A stretch of DNA of 64,000 nt from Patescibacteria group bacterium (lineage in GTDB: Bacteria; Patescibacteriota; Minisyncoccia; UBA6257; 2-01-FULL-56-20). Of the stretch, positions 1 to 9,870 are shown piece by piece (the first letter of the stretch is position 1; the number at the start of each line of letters is the position of its first letter). The notes below the pieces were generated by a model. The model made no database searches. It saw only the letters and a list, made by a program, of their open reading frames with translations, and was not told the DNA's origin. The stretch lies in the NCBI GenBank assembly GCA_038063055.1, contig JBBTVY010000005.1, forward strand, positions 2,444-66,443. Reading direction: 5' to 3'. The translations under genes and the position numbers were made by a program.

Positions 1-125
1 TTGGATGTGGCGGGCTTGGCCAGATTATTCGGGAAAAGAAAATTTCTGGCATAGCCGTCGCTGACATCCTTCACTTCGAGGCGCTTTCCTATATTCCTGA
101 CGTCTTCGGTTAAAATAACTTTCAT
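1..125 (-). CDS. rplI: 50S ribosomal protein L9, 5' part (truncated by window edge)
   Basis: Manual translation from ATG at 125: [32 protein letters not shown], the L9 N-terminal GYARNFL motif; not in the ORF track. Confidence 0.93.
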   Translation of the reverse strand, partial: MKVILTEDVRNIGKRLEVKDVSDGYARNFLFPNNLAKPATS

Positions 126-1390
126 TAAGATTTATTTGCTATTTCCTGCTTTATAATTTCCATGGCTTTGTCGAGCTGCGGGTCGCGTTTATTTTGAAAA
201 TCTTCGTCGGTCATTTTCACTTCAATGTCGGGATCCAGTCCCTCATTTTCAAGTATCTTTCCGTTCGGCAAAACCCAGTGCGCTATGGTCAGTTTTATCG
301 TCGAACCGTCAGCCAGCGATATCAGGCGCTGAACAGTGCCTTTTCCGAAACTTTTTTCGCCGATAAGTTTTATTCCCCTGTCGTCGTGAAGCGCTCCCGC
401 CAGAATTTCGGCGGCCGAAGCTGAACCGCCGTTTATGAGAACCACGACCGGAAAATCGGCCAGGGCGCCGTTTCCGTTCGCCCGTAATTCTTCAATATTC
501 CCGTCCCTGGATTCTTCCTTAACTATCAACGTGTTTTTCGGCAAGAACCAGCCGCCGAGATCAACGGCGACTTCCAGATACCCTCCCGGGTTGTTCCGCA
601 AATCCAAAATCATGCCTTTGGCGCCGCCCGAAAAAGCTTTCGAAGCCGCTTCGTAGAAAAGATATCCCGCGTTGGCGTTAAAGCTGTAAAGCTGAACATA
701 AGCGACTTCGCCGTCTTTCATCGCGAAGTCGAGTGTAGGCACGGTTATCGTCCCGCGGGTTATTTTAAAATCTTTCGGTTGGTCCCAGTCGTCACGCAAT
801 ATCGAAAGCGTTACTTCCGTGTTTTCCGGGCCGCGTATCATCCTAACGGCCTCGTCGACGGCCATTCCGTCCGTAGATGTGGAATTTACTTTAAGTATGA
901 TGTCGCCCGGTTTCAGGCCGGCTTTGCTGGCCGGAGTATCTTTTAGCGGAGCCACAATGACAATTTGATTTTTCTTTACGCCGATTTCGGCGCCGATGCC
1001 TCCGAAATTGCCCTGCACGTCTTGTTGAAATTTTTCGTTGTCGTTCGGGGAAAGAAAAATTGAATACGGGTCCTTGAGAGATTCTACAAGTCCGCTTATC
1101 GCGCCGTATACTTTATTCTGGGCGCCGATTTTGTCGGCTCTCAGATAATTATTATTAACCGCCTCCCAGGCCTGCCAGAAAGTTCCGAAATTTACGGCCG
1201 ACGGCTGTCCCGAAAAAGTATTGGTTAATTCTTTTACGATTATGGTTTGCGGAAACATCTCGCCTGACCTGAACCCTAGAGCGAAACCGCTGGCTATAAA
1301 AGCCGCGGCCGCTACGGCCGCCAAAACCCACCAAACTATTTTTTTGCCGGCATGGAGTTTCCTCTTTACGGAGTGGAGTATATTTTTCAT
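125..1390 (-). CDS. ctpA: Carboxyl-terminal processing protease (S41A, PDZ)
   Basis: N-terminal TM, GIG PDZ motif, [24 protein letters not shown]. Confidence 0.92.
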   Translation of the reverse strand: MKNILHSVKRKLHAGKKIVWWVLAAVAAAAFIASGFALGFRSGEMFPQTIIVKELTNTFSGQPSAVNFGTFWQAWEAVNNNYLRADKIGAQNKVYGAISGLVESLKDPYSIFLSPNDNEKFQQDVQGNFGGIGAEIGVKKNQIVIVAPLKDTPASKAGLKPGDIILKVNSTSTDGMAVDEAVRMIRGPENTEVTLSILRDDWDQPKDFKITRGTITVPTLDFAMKDGEVAYVQLYSFNANAGYLFYEAASKAFSGGAKGMILDLRNNPGGYLEVAVDLGGWFLPKNTLIVKEESRDGNIEELRANGNGALADFPVVVLINGGSASAAEILAGALHDDRGIKLIGEKSFGKGTVQRLISLADGSTIKLTIAHWVLPNGKILENEGLDPDIEVKMTDEDFQNKRDPQLDKAMEIIKQEIANKS

Positions 1391-1492
1391 ATTGCTTAGT
1401 CAGTAAATTTTACAACCGACGCTCTTTTTTCGCAAATAAAAGACAGTATCAATATAAATTGAAATTTTCTGAAAATGCCTTAGAATGAAGCC

Positions 1493-1786
1493 GTGGCGCT
1501 TACGGAAGATTATATTAAAGAGCTCAGAAAAAGAGCCAGCCAATCCAAGGTTTACAGGAAATATCAGTTGGTGGGACTTGAAATATCCCAGCTTCTCGAA
1601 GACGAAGAACATAAGTCGCTATACATAAAGCTTGCAAAGCAAAACGACGCCGACAGGCTTCTTGCCATAGCAAAAGACATATCACAGAAAAAAAACGTCA
1701 AAAATAAAGGCGCTTATTTCATGAAAGTATGCCAGGCAGTGAAAATTCGACAGAAACAGCAATTACAAAATAAAGCAAAACTGTGA
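1493..1786 (+). CDS. Hypothetical protein (97 aa, basic)
   Basis: GTG-start ORF 6 nt after a TAGAAT -10 box; divergent from ctpA. Confidence 0.7.
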   Translation: MALTEDYIKELRKRASQSKVYRKYQLVGLEISQLLEDEEHKSLYIKLAKQNDADRLLAIAKDISQKKNVKNKGAYFMKVCQAVKIRQKQQLQNKAKL

Positions 1787-1878
1787 TTTAAAAATAATCG
1801 TCAGATAAATAAACAACATTAAAATACTAAGACACGAAAACAGTCGAATTCCTGTTGCCTGGTATGGTTCTGCCTGGT

Positions 1879-1927
1879 ATGGTTTGATGCGACTCACCAT
1901 AAATGTTTCGATAAAACTCAACATAAA
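1879..1927. repeat. Two tandem degenerate copies of the GGTTCGAC-n-GCTCACCATAAA palindrome family
   Basis: ggtttgatgcgactcaccataaa and gtttcgataaaactcaacataaa directly before the def ATG; same family at 36187-36210 and 58647-58667. Confidence 0.6.
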
Positions 1928-2523
1928 TGGAAGACAAAATCCTAATTGTAGAAAATAAAAAAGAGGAGAAATTTTTGCGGACAAAAATCCGGGAATTCGA
2001 TTTCAAAAAATTTACCAAGCGCGAAATAAACGACTTTGTCGGGCGGATGAAGAAAGCGATGAAACTGGCCAATGGAATCGGATTGAGCGCGAACCAGATT
2101 GGTCTGGATATGAGGGTTTTTGTCGCCCAAGTTCCTAAAACGCGGATTAACGCAGATGAAACGCAGATAGGCGCAGATGGTATCCGCGAAAATCCGCGTA
2201 AGCATCAGCGGGAATCAGCGTTTTACGCTATTTTCAATCCTGAAATAATAAAATTCTCCAAAGAAAAGACCCGACTGGAAGAAGGATGTTTGAGTATTCC
2301 GAAGGTTTACGGAAGCGTTGAACGCCCGGAAAAATTGACATTGGCCGGGTTCGACAAAAGCGGAAAAAAAATAAAAATAAAAGCATGGGGTCTTTTGGCC
2401 AAAGTTTTCCAGCATGAAATGGACCATTTGAACGGAAAACTTTTCATAGACAGAGCGGATAAAATATATCGCGTCCCCTCTTCCGAACGCCTGAAGGAAC
2501 GTCTCAAAGACCTCGAAAATTAA
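1927..2523 (+). CDS. def: Peptide deformylase with ~30-aa repeat-derived insertion
   Basis: GIGLSANQIG, EGCLS and QHEMDHL motifs. Confidence 0.95.
   Translation: MEDKILIVENKKEEKFLRTKIREFDFKKFTKREINDFVGRMKKAMKLANGIGLSANQIGLDMRVFVAQVPKTRINADETQIGADGIRENPRKHQRESAFYAIFNPEIIKFSKEKTRLEEGCLSIPKVYGSVERPEKLTLAGFDKSGKKIKIKAWGLLAKVFQHEMDHLNGKLFIDRADKIYRVPSSERLKERLKDLEN
2136..2225. repeat. 90-bp in-frame inverted-repeat element in def
   Basis: Ends taaaacgcggatt / aatcagcgtttta (1 mismatch); internal cgcagat x3 facing atc(c/a)gcg x4. Confidence 0.8.
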
Positions 2524-2531
2524 AAACTAAT

Positions 2532-3383
2532 ATGAAGTACGTTTTCTTCGGCACGCCTGAATTTGCGGCCATTATAATTGAAAAGCTCGCGGATGCGGGT
2601 TTAATGCCGGCGGCCGTGATTTCAAACCCCGACAGACCCGCGGGAAGGAAAAAGATAATGACCCCTCCTCCGGCGAAGCTAATCGCAAACAGAAAGAACC
2701 TGAAAATTCTTCAGCCGGAAAATCCATCTTCGATAATCGAGGAATTATCGGAATTAAAAGCGGATTTTTTTGTCGTCGCGGCATACGCGAAAATACTTCC
2801 GAAAGAAATAATTGGTATCCCCCGACTTGGAACAATAGGCGTTCACCCTTCTCTTTTGCCGAAGTACCGGGGGGCTTCTCCAATTCAAAGCGTTATTCTG
2901 GCCGGAGAAACTGAAACTGGAGTTACCCTTTATCTAATGGACGAGAAAATGGACCATGGGCCAATTCTCGAAAATTCCAAATTCCAAATTCCAAATTCCA
3001 AAATTACTTACGAGAAATTGCTTAAGGAGTTGGCGGAGCTAGCCGGCAATTTGCTTGTCGAAACATTGCCAAAATTTTTAAGCGGAAAAATAAAGCCGGT
3101 GCCGCAAAACGAATCTGAGGCGACTTACACAAATAAAATATCCACCAAAGACGCCTTTGTGGACGAAAAAAAACTTGAGGAGGCGGTCGGCGGCAAAAAT
3201 ACCAAAGCCGCTCAAGAGATAGACAAAAAAATAAGAGCGCTTACGCCAGAGCCGGGTGTTTGGACCCTTCGACAAGCTCAGGGCAAGCAGCAAAGAGTAA
3301 AGCTTTTGGAGGCCGAATTTGCCGGCGGAAAATTAACTCTCAAAAAGATTCAAATCGAAGGCCAAAAGCCCAAAACCGCATAA
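2532..3383 (+). CDS. fmt: Methionyl-tRNA formyltransferase
   Basis: FFGTPEFA, HPSLLPKYRGASPI, MDHGPI; follows def. Confidence 0.95.
   Translation: MKYVFFGTPEFAAIIIEKLADAGLMPAAVISNPDRPAGRKKIMTPPPAKLIANRKNLKILQPENPSSIIEELSELKADFFVVAAYAKILPKEIIGIPRLGTIGVHPSLLPKYRGASPIQSVILAGETETGVTLYLMDEKMDHGPILENSKFQIPNSKITYEKLLKELAELAGNLLVETLPKFLSGKIKPVPQNESEATYTNKISTKDAFVDEKKLEEAVGGKNTKAAQEIDKKIRALTPEPGVWTLRQAQGKQQRVKLLEAEFAGGKLTLKKIQIEGQKPKTA
2972..2999. repeat. (AAATTCC)x4 heptamer array in frame in fmt
   Basis: Read directly; encodes NSKFQIPNS. Confidence 0.85.
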
Positions 3384-3433
3384 TTTTATTACCTGTCCAC
3401 AGAATATCTCTCCGACGGCGGTCGGCGGTGATA

Positions 3434-3454
3434 CCGCGCCGCTCTGCGGCGCGG
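3434..3454. terminator. GC-rich hairpin between convergent fmt and cohesin gene
   Basis: ccgcgccgc-tct-gcggcgcgg. Confidence 0.55.
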
Positions 3455-3458
3455 TTAT

Positions 3459-5567
3459 TCATTTTTCCGCGGATTCGGCTGTCTCCCAAATTTCTTTGTT
3501 CACATATTGACTTACAGTTTCAAGGTCATTGAGTAATTTCTCCTCGCGCATCTTTTCCTCCACGGAAAGTTCATTTTTGAGTTTGGCGCGGCGCATTAGG
3601 TCAAGTTCCAATTCTATATCCTTTCGCAGAACGGCGAAACCCCTCTTTATCGAATCCTCGGCGTCCTTGATTGCTTGTTTTAGGCGCTGGTTTTTGAGAC
3701 GGACATGGTAACCATGATAAAGCACGAATGCCAACAACCCCACGAAAGCAAGCGCGAAGATAATGAGTAAAAACAGGTAGAAATCCTCATAACTTAAGCG
3801 GGCGCCGCCTATCTGGATAGCTGTTTTGGCAACCAGGAGGTCGAATTTAGGGCTTGGGGGACTCACATCATTGGCAACTTTAAGCTGTGTCCAAGCAATG
3901 TAGCGGCTGGCTTCCAAAAATCGCGGGAAAGAGTAGAACCAAGCGCCGTTTTCATCGGTAACCGCCACCCGATTTTCCGTGGCTCCGGTGTCAATGTTTT
4001 GCAGATAGATTAAAACCTGGGCTTGGGGCACTCCGGCATTGCCGCCGATATAGAGAATTTCATCATTGGAAATTGACTTTGGGAAAAGAGTTACCACCGG
4101 AGGGTCCAGACGAACGTTGCTTAGAGAATCCTCGGCGGCTTGGGCGTGAAGGGTAAGAATACCGAAATTCACGACAAACATCAGATAAATAAGCATTAAA
4201 CCCTTATCCACGCCCCCTTCGCCGAAGCCAGGGCGAGGAGGCGAGCCGTAATCTTTTTGTTTTTCTTTGAGTTCGGCCAGCTTCCCGGAGATATTGGGAT
4301 GTTTCAAAATGTCCTTGACAAGGTATTTATCGATTTGCAGATGTCGTTTCCAGATCCATATCATTAAATAAACCATTAATCCTAAAAGAGCCAGGGCTAA
4401 AATCAAAACGTATGGCCACCCGAAGGTAACCCCGCCGACACTCAATCCCCCCGAATAGATAACTCCCAAGAAAGGCGCGGTTATTGTAAGTTTGCTCTCT
4501 GCTTGAAAGTAGTTGCCCGCCTGGTCGTAGGCGCGGACGACAATGTCGTATTTGCCTTGGTCTAAAACCCTTGAATATGGCGAATAAGCTTCGATAAAGA
4601 ACGGCGTGGTATTTTGGGCAACCAGGGCTTCCGGCAAATCCAAAGATATAATCTTCAGTTCATAGTGGTTTATCCCGGACACAACATCGGTTGTGACAAA
4701 ATCTATAATCGGGCGGTTGTTGGAAGTAATATGGCCTGGTGAAAAATTAAGTTTGAAAGCGGCAGGCGGCGTGTTATCAACTCGAATCACGTAATCGGTA
4801 ATGCCGCCCCAAGCGCCTTGCCGCAGACTTTTAATGTGGAAATAATAAACGCCGTCGGCAAGATTATTATAAACAACGCGATTTCGCGCTTCCTCCGATA
4901 TGTCATCGGGTTCGCCCCCTGGTTCCTGGTCCAGGACATAGCTGTATCCCTGTATATCGGGCGGCGCCGTCCATTCCAGCGTCACAGTTTTTGTGTTGTA
5001 CCACTTCTCCTGGTCAATGTTAGTGCGGGAAGTGACAGTCGGCCCCTGCGGCGGCGGCAGGGTGAGATAGTAAATCCCGTTCGTAGTTTGGCCCAACGTG
5101 TCAGTTCCGCGGCCGTCATTCAGAAGCACTTTCGAATCATCCAAGATTTTCAAAACGGCAGTACCGGTGCTTTTTACGCGAAAAGTAACGGTGGAAAGCA
5201 AACCGGCGTCGGTGTTGATGCCGGGAGTCGGAATAGTTCCCTGGAACTTAAGCGTGCCGTCGGTATTGGAATAGCTTGGTTGAACGACCCAAATCTGGAT
5301 TAAAGATTTTCCCGTTGTCGGTGAAACCACCTGAAGTTTATCCGCCGGAAAACTTAGGTCCGCCTCAATCGCGTTTATTGCCTGACCGCCGGTATTGACA
5401 TAGATTGAGACCGTAAAAGTGCCGCCTAAGGTAAAAGTTCCCGATGGCGGGGCCACGTAAAGAGAGGCGGCCGCCTCGGCGGAAACTCCGGAGAAAAACA
5501 TAAAAAACGCGGCAAGCAAAATAGCGGTCTTTGCCGCTATCTCGTGGATTTTCGCCAAGTAATTCAT
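3459..5567 (-). CDS. Cohesin-domain membrane-anchored surface protein
   Basis: Signal peptide, cohesin-like segment (FTVSIYVNTGGQAINAIEADLSFP...VLLNDGRGT), Ig-like repeats, internal and C-terminal TMs; ATG start at 5567 preferred. Confidence 0.75.
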   Translation of the reverse strand: MNYLAKIHEIAAKTAILLAAFFMFFSGVSAEAAASLYVAPPSGTFTLGGTFTVSIYVNTGGQAINAIEADLSFPADKLQVVSPTTGKSLIQIWVVQPSYSNTDGTLKFQGTIPTPGINTDAGLLSTVTFRVKSTGTAVLKILDDSKVLLNDGRGTDTLGQTTNGIYYLTLPPPQGPTVTSRTNIDQEKWYNTKTVTLEWTAPPDIQGYSYVLDQEPGGEPDDISEEARNRVVYNNLADGVYYFHIKSLRQGAWGGITDYVIRVDNTPPAAFKLNFSPGHITSNNRPIIDFVTTDVVSGINHYELKIISLDLPEALVAQNTTPFFIEAYSPYSRVLDQGKYDIVVRAYDQAGNYFQAESKLTITAPFLGVIYSGGLSVGGVTFGWPYVLILALALLGLMVYLMIWIWKRHLQIDKYLVKDILKHPNISGKLAELKEKQKDYGSPPRPGFGEGGVDKGLMLIYLMFVVNFGILTLHAQAAEDSLSNVRLDPPVVTLFPKSISNDEILYIGGNAGVPQAQVLIYLQNIDTGATENRVAVTDENGAWFYSFPRFLEASRYIAWTQLKVANDVSPPSPKFDLLVAKTAIQIGGARLSYEDFYLFLLIIFALAFVGLLAFVLYHGYHVRLKNQRLKQAIKDAEDSIKRGFAVLRKDIELELDLMRRAKLKNELSVEEKMREEKLLNDLETVSQYVNKEIWETAESAEK

Positions 5568-5571
5568 GCGT

Positions 5572-6462
5572 TCAAACAAGGCGTTTCTTTAAAAATATTA
5601 GTACTATCAACGACAATATTATTATAATCCAAATCAAATTCTGTTTATACCAAGGCTGTGGATACCGGGGCGGCAAAACCGATATTCTTGAATTTCCCGA
5701 TTTATCCACTGCTTTAACAGTTATATCTTTATCAAGCGATTGGTATTTCAAAAGATAGGGGCTTTCGGCGACAATAAAATGGTCGGCTCCTTCTTTTACC
5801 TCATAATGGTCTATGCCGCTTCCTTTGTCTTGGGCGTTGAACGCCAAAAACCATTTCCCATCAAGAACAGATTGGTCGTTGCTTACAATCGGGGAAAACG
5901 GGTCGGGCGGAATCGTATCGGCAGGCAAGAGAAGATTGTCTGCTACGGGTGCCTCGGATATCATAAAACTAAGTGCGGAAACTTTAGTTTTTGCGGCAGT
6001 TCCGAGTCCGTCGTTTAGAAACGCTTTCACGTCTTTCATCGAAATCAGTCCGTCCGTGACCCTATCCCCTTTTACAACGAAAGAAAATAGAAATCCTTTT
6101 ATGCCATTATATCCTCCAGGTATTATGCCGGAAAAGAAAATTTCTCCGTCGCCGGAAAGATGCGGCTTTTCCACCCACAAATTGACTATGGAATTGCCGT
6201 CGTGTATTTCCTTTAAATCGAGAATGTCGTGCGGGAACACAACTTTTCCCTGAACCGCATTTATTCTCTCATAATCGGAATTGAGGAAAACGGATACTTC
6301 GAAAAGCTGTCCCACTGCTGCGGTATTGGCCAGCGATGAAAATTCAAAAGTGGCGGCCCGGGCTGTTGATAATGTGCCAGCCGCGATAGACAAAGCAAGC
6401 AAAAAAGCAACAGCAATACGCAATGTCTGTGAATTTGAAATTTTGAATCTGGAATTTGGCAT
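5572..6462 (-). CDS. Cohesin-domain protein with C-terminal TM anchor
   Basis: INAVQGKVVFP...AFLNDGLGT cohesin-like segment, DKGSGIDHYEV Ig-like segment; ATG at 6462. Confidence 0.75.
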   Translation of the reverse strand: MPNSRFKISNSQTLRIAVAFLLALSIAAGTLSTARAATFEFSSLANTAAVGQLFEVSVFLNSDYERINAVQGKVVFPHDILDLKEIHDGNSIVNLWVEKPHLSGDGEIFFSGIIPGGYNGIKGFLFSFVVKGDRVTDGLISMKDVKAFLNDGLGTAAKTKVSALSFMISEAPVADNLLLPADTIPPDPFSPIVSNDQSVLDGKWFLAFNAQDKGSGIDHYEVKEGADHFIVAESPYLLKYQSLDKDITVKAVDKSGNSRISVLPPRYPQPWYKQNLIWIIIILSLIVLIFLKKRLV

Positions 6463-6881
6463 AAATGATTTATAATTAGAATTCTCTAGTTTTTTTAATA
6501 AAAGCATTTAGCAACTTATGAACGACAATTGACTGCTTCGAGAGATTGTCAAAATCTTCAGAATTAATATATTTAATGTCCCGCGCTATCAAAATTTGAT
6601 TTTGTAATTCTGTCAACGAGCCATGAGATATTGAATAGAATTGGATTTTCTCTTTCGCAGAATGTCTGGAAAACCCTTCGGCAATATTGGAAGTTATAGA
6701 AACCGCTGCGCGCCTAAGCTGTGAAATCAACCCAAAAGTTTCTTCTCTTGGAAAAGATTTAGTTAAACCATAAATCATTAAAACTAGTTTATGGGATTCT
6801 CTCCATACCTCTAAATCGGTAAATGATTTTATTTTGCTAATGCTATATTCCATATTCTAAATTCTAAATTCCAGATTCCAT
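6430..6881. mobile_element. Heptamer-armed element carrying four helix bundle ORF (copy 1)
   Basis: Perfect 13-bp inverted match gaatctggaattt (6445-6457) / aaattccagattc (6866-6878) inside degenerate 7-mer arrays. Confidence 0.7.
6476..6853 (-). CDS. Four helix bundle protein (23S rRNA IVS / bAvd-like)
   Basis: SFTDLEVW, FGLISQLRRAAVSITSNIAEG and GSLTELQNQ motifs; AT-rich. Confidence 0.92.
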   Translation of the reverse strand: MEYSISKIKSFTDLEVWRESHKLVLMIYGLTKSFPREETFGLISQLRRAAVSITSNIAEGFSRHSAKEKIQFYSISHGSLTELQNQILIARDIKYINSEDFDNLSKQSIVVHKLLNAFIKKTREF

Positions 6882-6882
6882 A

Positions 6883-7986
6883 CTAACCTGTCCAGTAGAA
6901 CGCGAGTACGCTGAAATCGTCCAAATTAATCTTATTGTCGACTTTTAAGTCCAGACTGGATGGCGGATCCGAACGATTATACCAGTAGGCCAGTATCGAA
7001 AAATCGACAATGTTGATTTTGCAATCACCGTTCAGGTCCCTGAACAAGCTGGAACAGGAAACCTGCTGTTTGGCGGTCACATTTTTGGTTCCGACAATAA
7101 AGTTAACAATATTTCCGTAACCGCTGGCTTCAAGATTTCCTATGGAAGCTTTTGATTTCGCCGAGTACGAGCCATAATCGAGAACGGTCGTGTCGAAATT
7201 ATATAAATAAACTCCGTTCTTGTCCGAAATTGTCTTGCCAAAAAAATTTGGACTGGAAGATATCGTTATGACAATATCGGATTGCGGCGAACTTTGGCCG
7301 AAAATAATTATATCGTCCCCTCTTTTCACTTCCTCTTTGTCGACCTTGATTGTGGGCGCTATAAAAATACCGGTAACGTTCATGGTTATCCCATAAATCA
7401 CGCTGACCGGAAAAGCAAGGAGGCTGGAACGGACGTCGTTTTTGTCTTCGCCATAAAAAGAAAAAATATAATTTCCCGCGGAAATATTAGATAAGGTTAT
7501 CTGAAACAAAGCGTCGCTTCCGGCGATTGTCGTCGCCGCAACCTGAGCGTCTTTAAGAAGAGTCACTTCGCTTGAAGGATAGGCTCTTCCTGAAAAAACA
7601 ACTTGCGTCGGTGAGATAAAATATCCTCCCCCGCCACCAACGCCGACAACTCCACCACCGCCTCCGCCGCCAACGGTGCACGCGGAGGTGTCGAATGTGC
7701 AATCGACTTTACATCCTAAAATTCCTCCGCTAAATCCCTGACTGACGCAAGATTGTCCGCCAAGCGCGGCATCATCGCATTGCTCGCCTGCATCCAATAT
7801 CGCGTTTCCACACACTGAAGGAATCGAAGCGCTGATGTTTACGGAAGCCGCGAAAACAACTTGGTTATAATTTAGAAAATAGTCCGCCAAAGGCGTATCC
7901 GCTTCCGACGGAAAAACCAAAAATAAAATCGAGGCGAAAAATATTATCAGGGAAATCAATAAAAACCTGGAATAATTATTTGTCAT
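6883..7986 (-). CDS. Secreted protein with Cys-rich segment, Gly linker, Ig-like domains and C-terminal dockerin-like repeat
   Basis: CGNAILDAGEQCDD; duplicated EF-hand-like DLNGDCKINIVDFS / DLKVDNKINLDDFS. Confidence 0.75.
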   Translation of the reverse strand: MTNNYSRFLLISLIIFFASILFLVFPSEADTPLADYFLNYNQVVFAASVNISASIPSVCGNAILDAGEQCDDAALGGQSCVSQGFSGGILGCKVDCTFDTSACTVGGGGGGGVVGVGGGGGYFISPTQVVFSGRAYPSSEVTLLKDAQVAATTIAGSDALFQITLSNISAGNYIFSFYGEDKNDVRSSLLAFPVSVIYGITMNVTGIFIAPTIKVDKEEVKRGDDIIIFGQSSPQSDIVITISSSPNFFGKTISDKNGVYLYNFDTTVLDYGSYSAKSKASIGNLEASGYGNIVNFIVGTKNVTAKQQVSCSSLFRDLNGDCKINIVDFSILAYWYNRSDPPSSLDLKVDNKINLDDFSVLAFYWTG

Positions 7987-8120
7987 TTATTTGTTGAATC
8001 TACGGGAATTAAAATTTTATGGGTTTCCATATCTTTTATTTTATTCCTTAATTTTCAAGATGCCAAAGCGCCCGCTTGATTAATCCGGACTTCTGAAAAT
8101 CGGTCATTCTTTCAAGATTT

Positions 8121-9056
8121 CTACTCCTTGTTTTCTATTTTCATATATCTCTCAATAACTCGCTGGTTATATTTTTTTACACCCCTCGTGGCTATCCAGA
8201 ATATCAAAAGCAACAGAAGCACGATGGGGACGATAATCTGCCAGGTCACCACGAAAAAACCGATTTCACCGTTAACCTGTTTATTCATGTTCCCGCCGTA
8301 ATTCAAAGACAAAACAGCCCTGTAAAAGCCGAATCCGAAGCCGCCCCATCCCGCTGATTCCGGAGTCGCTCTTATTTCTTTTTGGGAACGCGGGAGTATT
8401 TCCGCCCCATATCTGTTCACCGAAAGAATGGCGCTGGTTATTCCGAATACGTTTTTTATTACTATCTTTCCGCTCGGTTTAAGGTACACGTTGCCCGTGT
8501 TTTTAAAAACTATGTTGAAATTATCGGGTATTCGACTGAAAAGCCTGCTCCCGTCGGCGGTGTCGAATTTGTCTATCAGCGCGGTTTCCTGAATCTGGCC
8601 CGAAACATTCAGATAAACCAATATGCCCGCCCTGGTGACTATCGACGTGCCTCCGCCGCTGTTGTCGGGGGGTGAAGTTCCCCACCAGATGACCGCGAAA
8701 TGCCCGCCCGGCGGGGCGTCTTCGGGTATCTTTAAAATGTACGGCACGTCTTTGGATTCCCCGGTTTTTAGCGGCACGCCGTTTTCAATTTTAAACCAGG
8801 AACTCAAATCGGTGCGCTCGCCGGCCAAAAATTGTTTCTCGCCGTTCGTTTCCGTAAATTTTTCAAAAGAAGGATAAAGGGTCTGCTTTTCTCCTCCTTC
8901 GTTCATTAAAAAAAGTTTTCCTTCGATAACGCTCCCGGGGTCAAGACTGAATTCCATTTTAGCCGGGCCGACTGTCAGCGCCCTGGAAACATTCGGCAAA
9001 AAACCGGCGAACGCCAACAATGTCACGAAAATCGCCGAAAGAAACTTATTCTTCAT
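8121..9056 (-). CDS. DUF916/WxL-interacting-like (chaperone-like) membrane-anchored protein
   Basis: Signal peptide, IPEDAPPGGHFA and FKNTGNVYLKP motifs, C-terminal TM. Confidence 0.6.
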   Translation of the reverse strand: MKNKFLSAIFVTLLAFAGFLPNVSRALTVGPAKMEFSLDPGSVIEGKLFLMNEGGEKQTLYPSFEKFTETNGEKQFLAGERTDLSSWFKIENGVPLKTGESKDVPYILKIPEDAPPGGHFAVIWWGTSPPDNSGGGTSIVTRAGILVYLNVSGQIQETALIDKFDTADGSRLFSRIPDNFNIVFKNTGNVYLKPSGKIVIKNVFGITSAILSVNRYGAEILPRSQKEIRATPESAGWGGFGFGFYRAVLSLNYGGNMNKQVNGEIGFFVVTWQIIVPIVLLLLLIFWIATRGVKKYNQRVIERYMKIENKE

Positions 9057-9110
9057 TATGAAAAGAATACCACCCGCGAAGAGATTTTTCAACCGAACGA
9101 TTGAACTGGT

Positions 9111-9776
9111 TCAGTTAGCAAGGCAACTATAGGTGATAGTATCGACATACGTTGCGCCTGGAGTGGAAGAGGCAATGGCCGCGCCGTGAGTCACAATTAT
9201 TTCCCTGGCGCTTGTTGTGGCGCTCGTTGAGGCAAGAATTTGCGTGGTCGTAGTTAATCCTCCGAATATTAAAGTAGTTGTCGCGTAATTGTATCTTGGT
9301 CCCATTGAAAATTGTGCTCCCGCTCCGATGGTCGTTGTAGCCGACTGTACGCCGTATCCTTCCGTTCCTGCAGCGAGCGTTGCCGAAGCGTTAAAGGCCG
9401 CGTTAGGAGATTCGATAAGACTGTTACTGCTTGAAGAGTACAGTCCTCCGCCGGTCGTGCTGCTTCCGGTGTCGTTGATGCTCAAAGTGCAGCCGAGAGA
9501 ACTATTGGAGCAAGCCATCGTGCTGGAAACCTGTGGAGTTGAAGTCGAAATGCCGGTCAGGGTCCCGAACAAGGTGGTTGTCGTGCTGACGCTGCAGCTT
9601 ATGCTTACCGCCACCGAGGCGTTGACGTTCACGGCGGAAGAAGTGGCGGCGGTCGCGAATTCCGGCGAAATTGCCTGCCTGAGGAGGTCGCCGAACCAGC
9701 TTAAAACAACAAAAGCAAAAACCAAACCGATAGCCGACCAAAAACCGATGTTTTCTTTATTATTAAAACTCGTCAT
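9111..9776 (-). CDS. Secreted Ser/Thr-rich WxL/fimbrial-like subunit
   Basis: N-terminal hydrophobic segment; ends GATYVDTITYSCLAN; paralogous to the C-terminus of the 929-aa ORF. Confidence 0.6.
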   Translation of the reverse strand: MTSFNNKENIGFWSAIGLVFAFVVLSWFGDLLRQAISPEFATAATSSAVNVNASVAVSISCSVSTTTTLFGTLTGISTSTPQVSSTMACSNSSLGCTLSINDTGSSTTGGGLYSSSSNSLIESPNAAFNASATLAAGTEGYGVQSATTTIGAGAQFSMGPRYNYATTTLIFGGLTTTTQILASTSATTSAREIIVTHGAAIASSTPGATYVDTITYSCLAN

Positions 9777-9870
9777 TTGATTGAATTGATTTAATCAATG
9801 ATAATATGATGCTTTTCGACTTGGGTAGATTATAACATATGAGGTTTTAAGAAGATGTGGATAACTCCAA

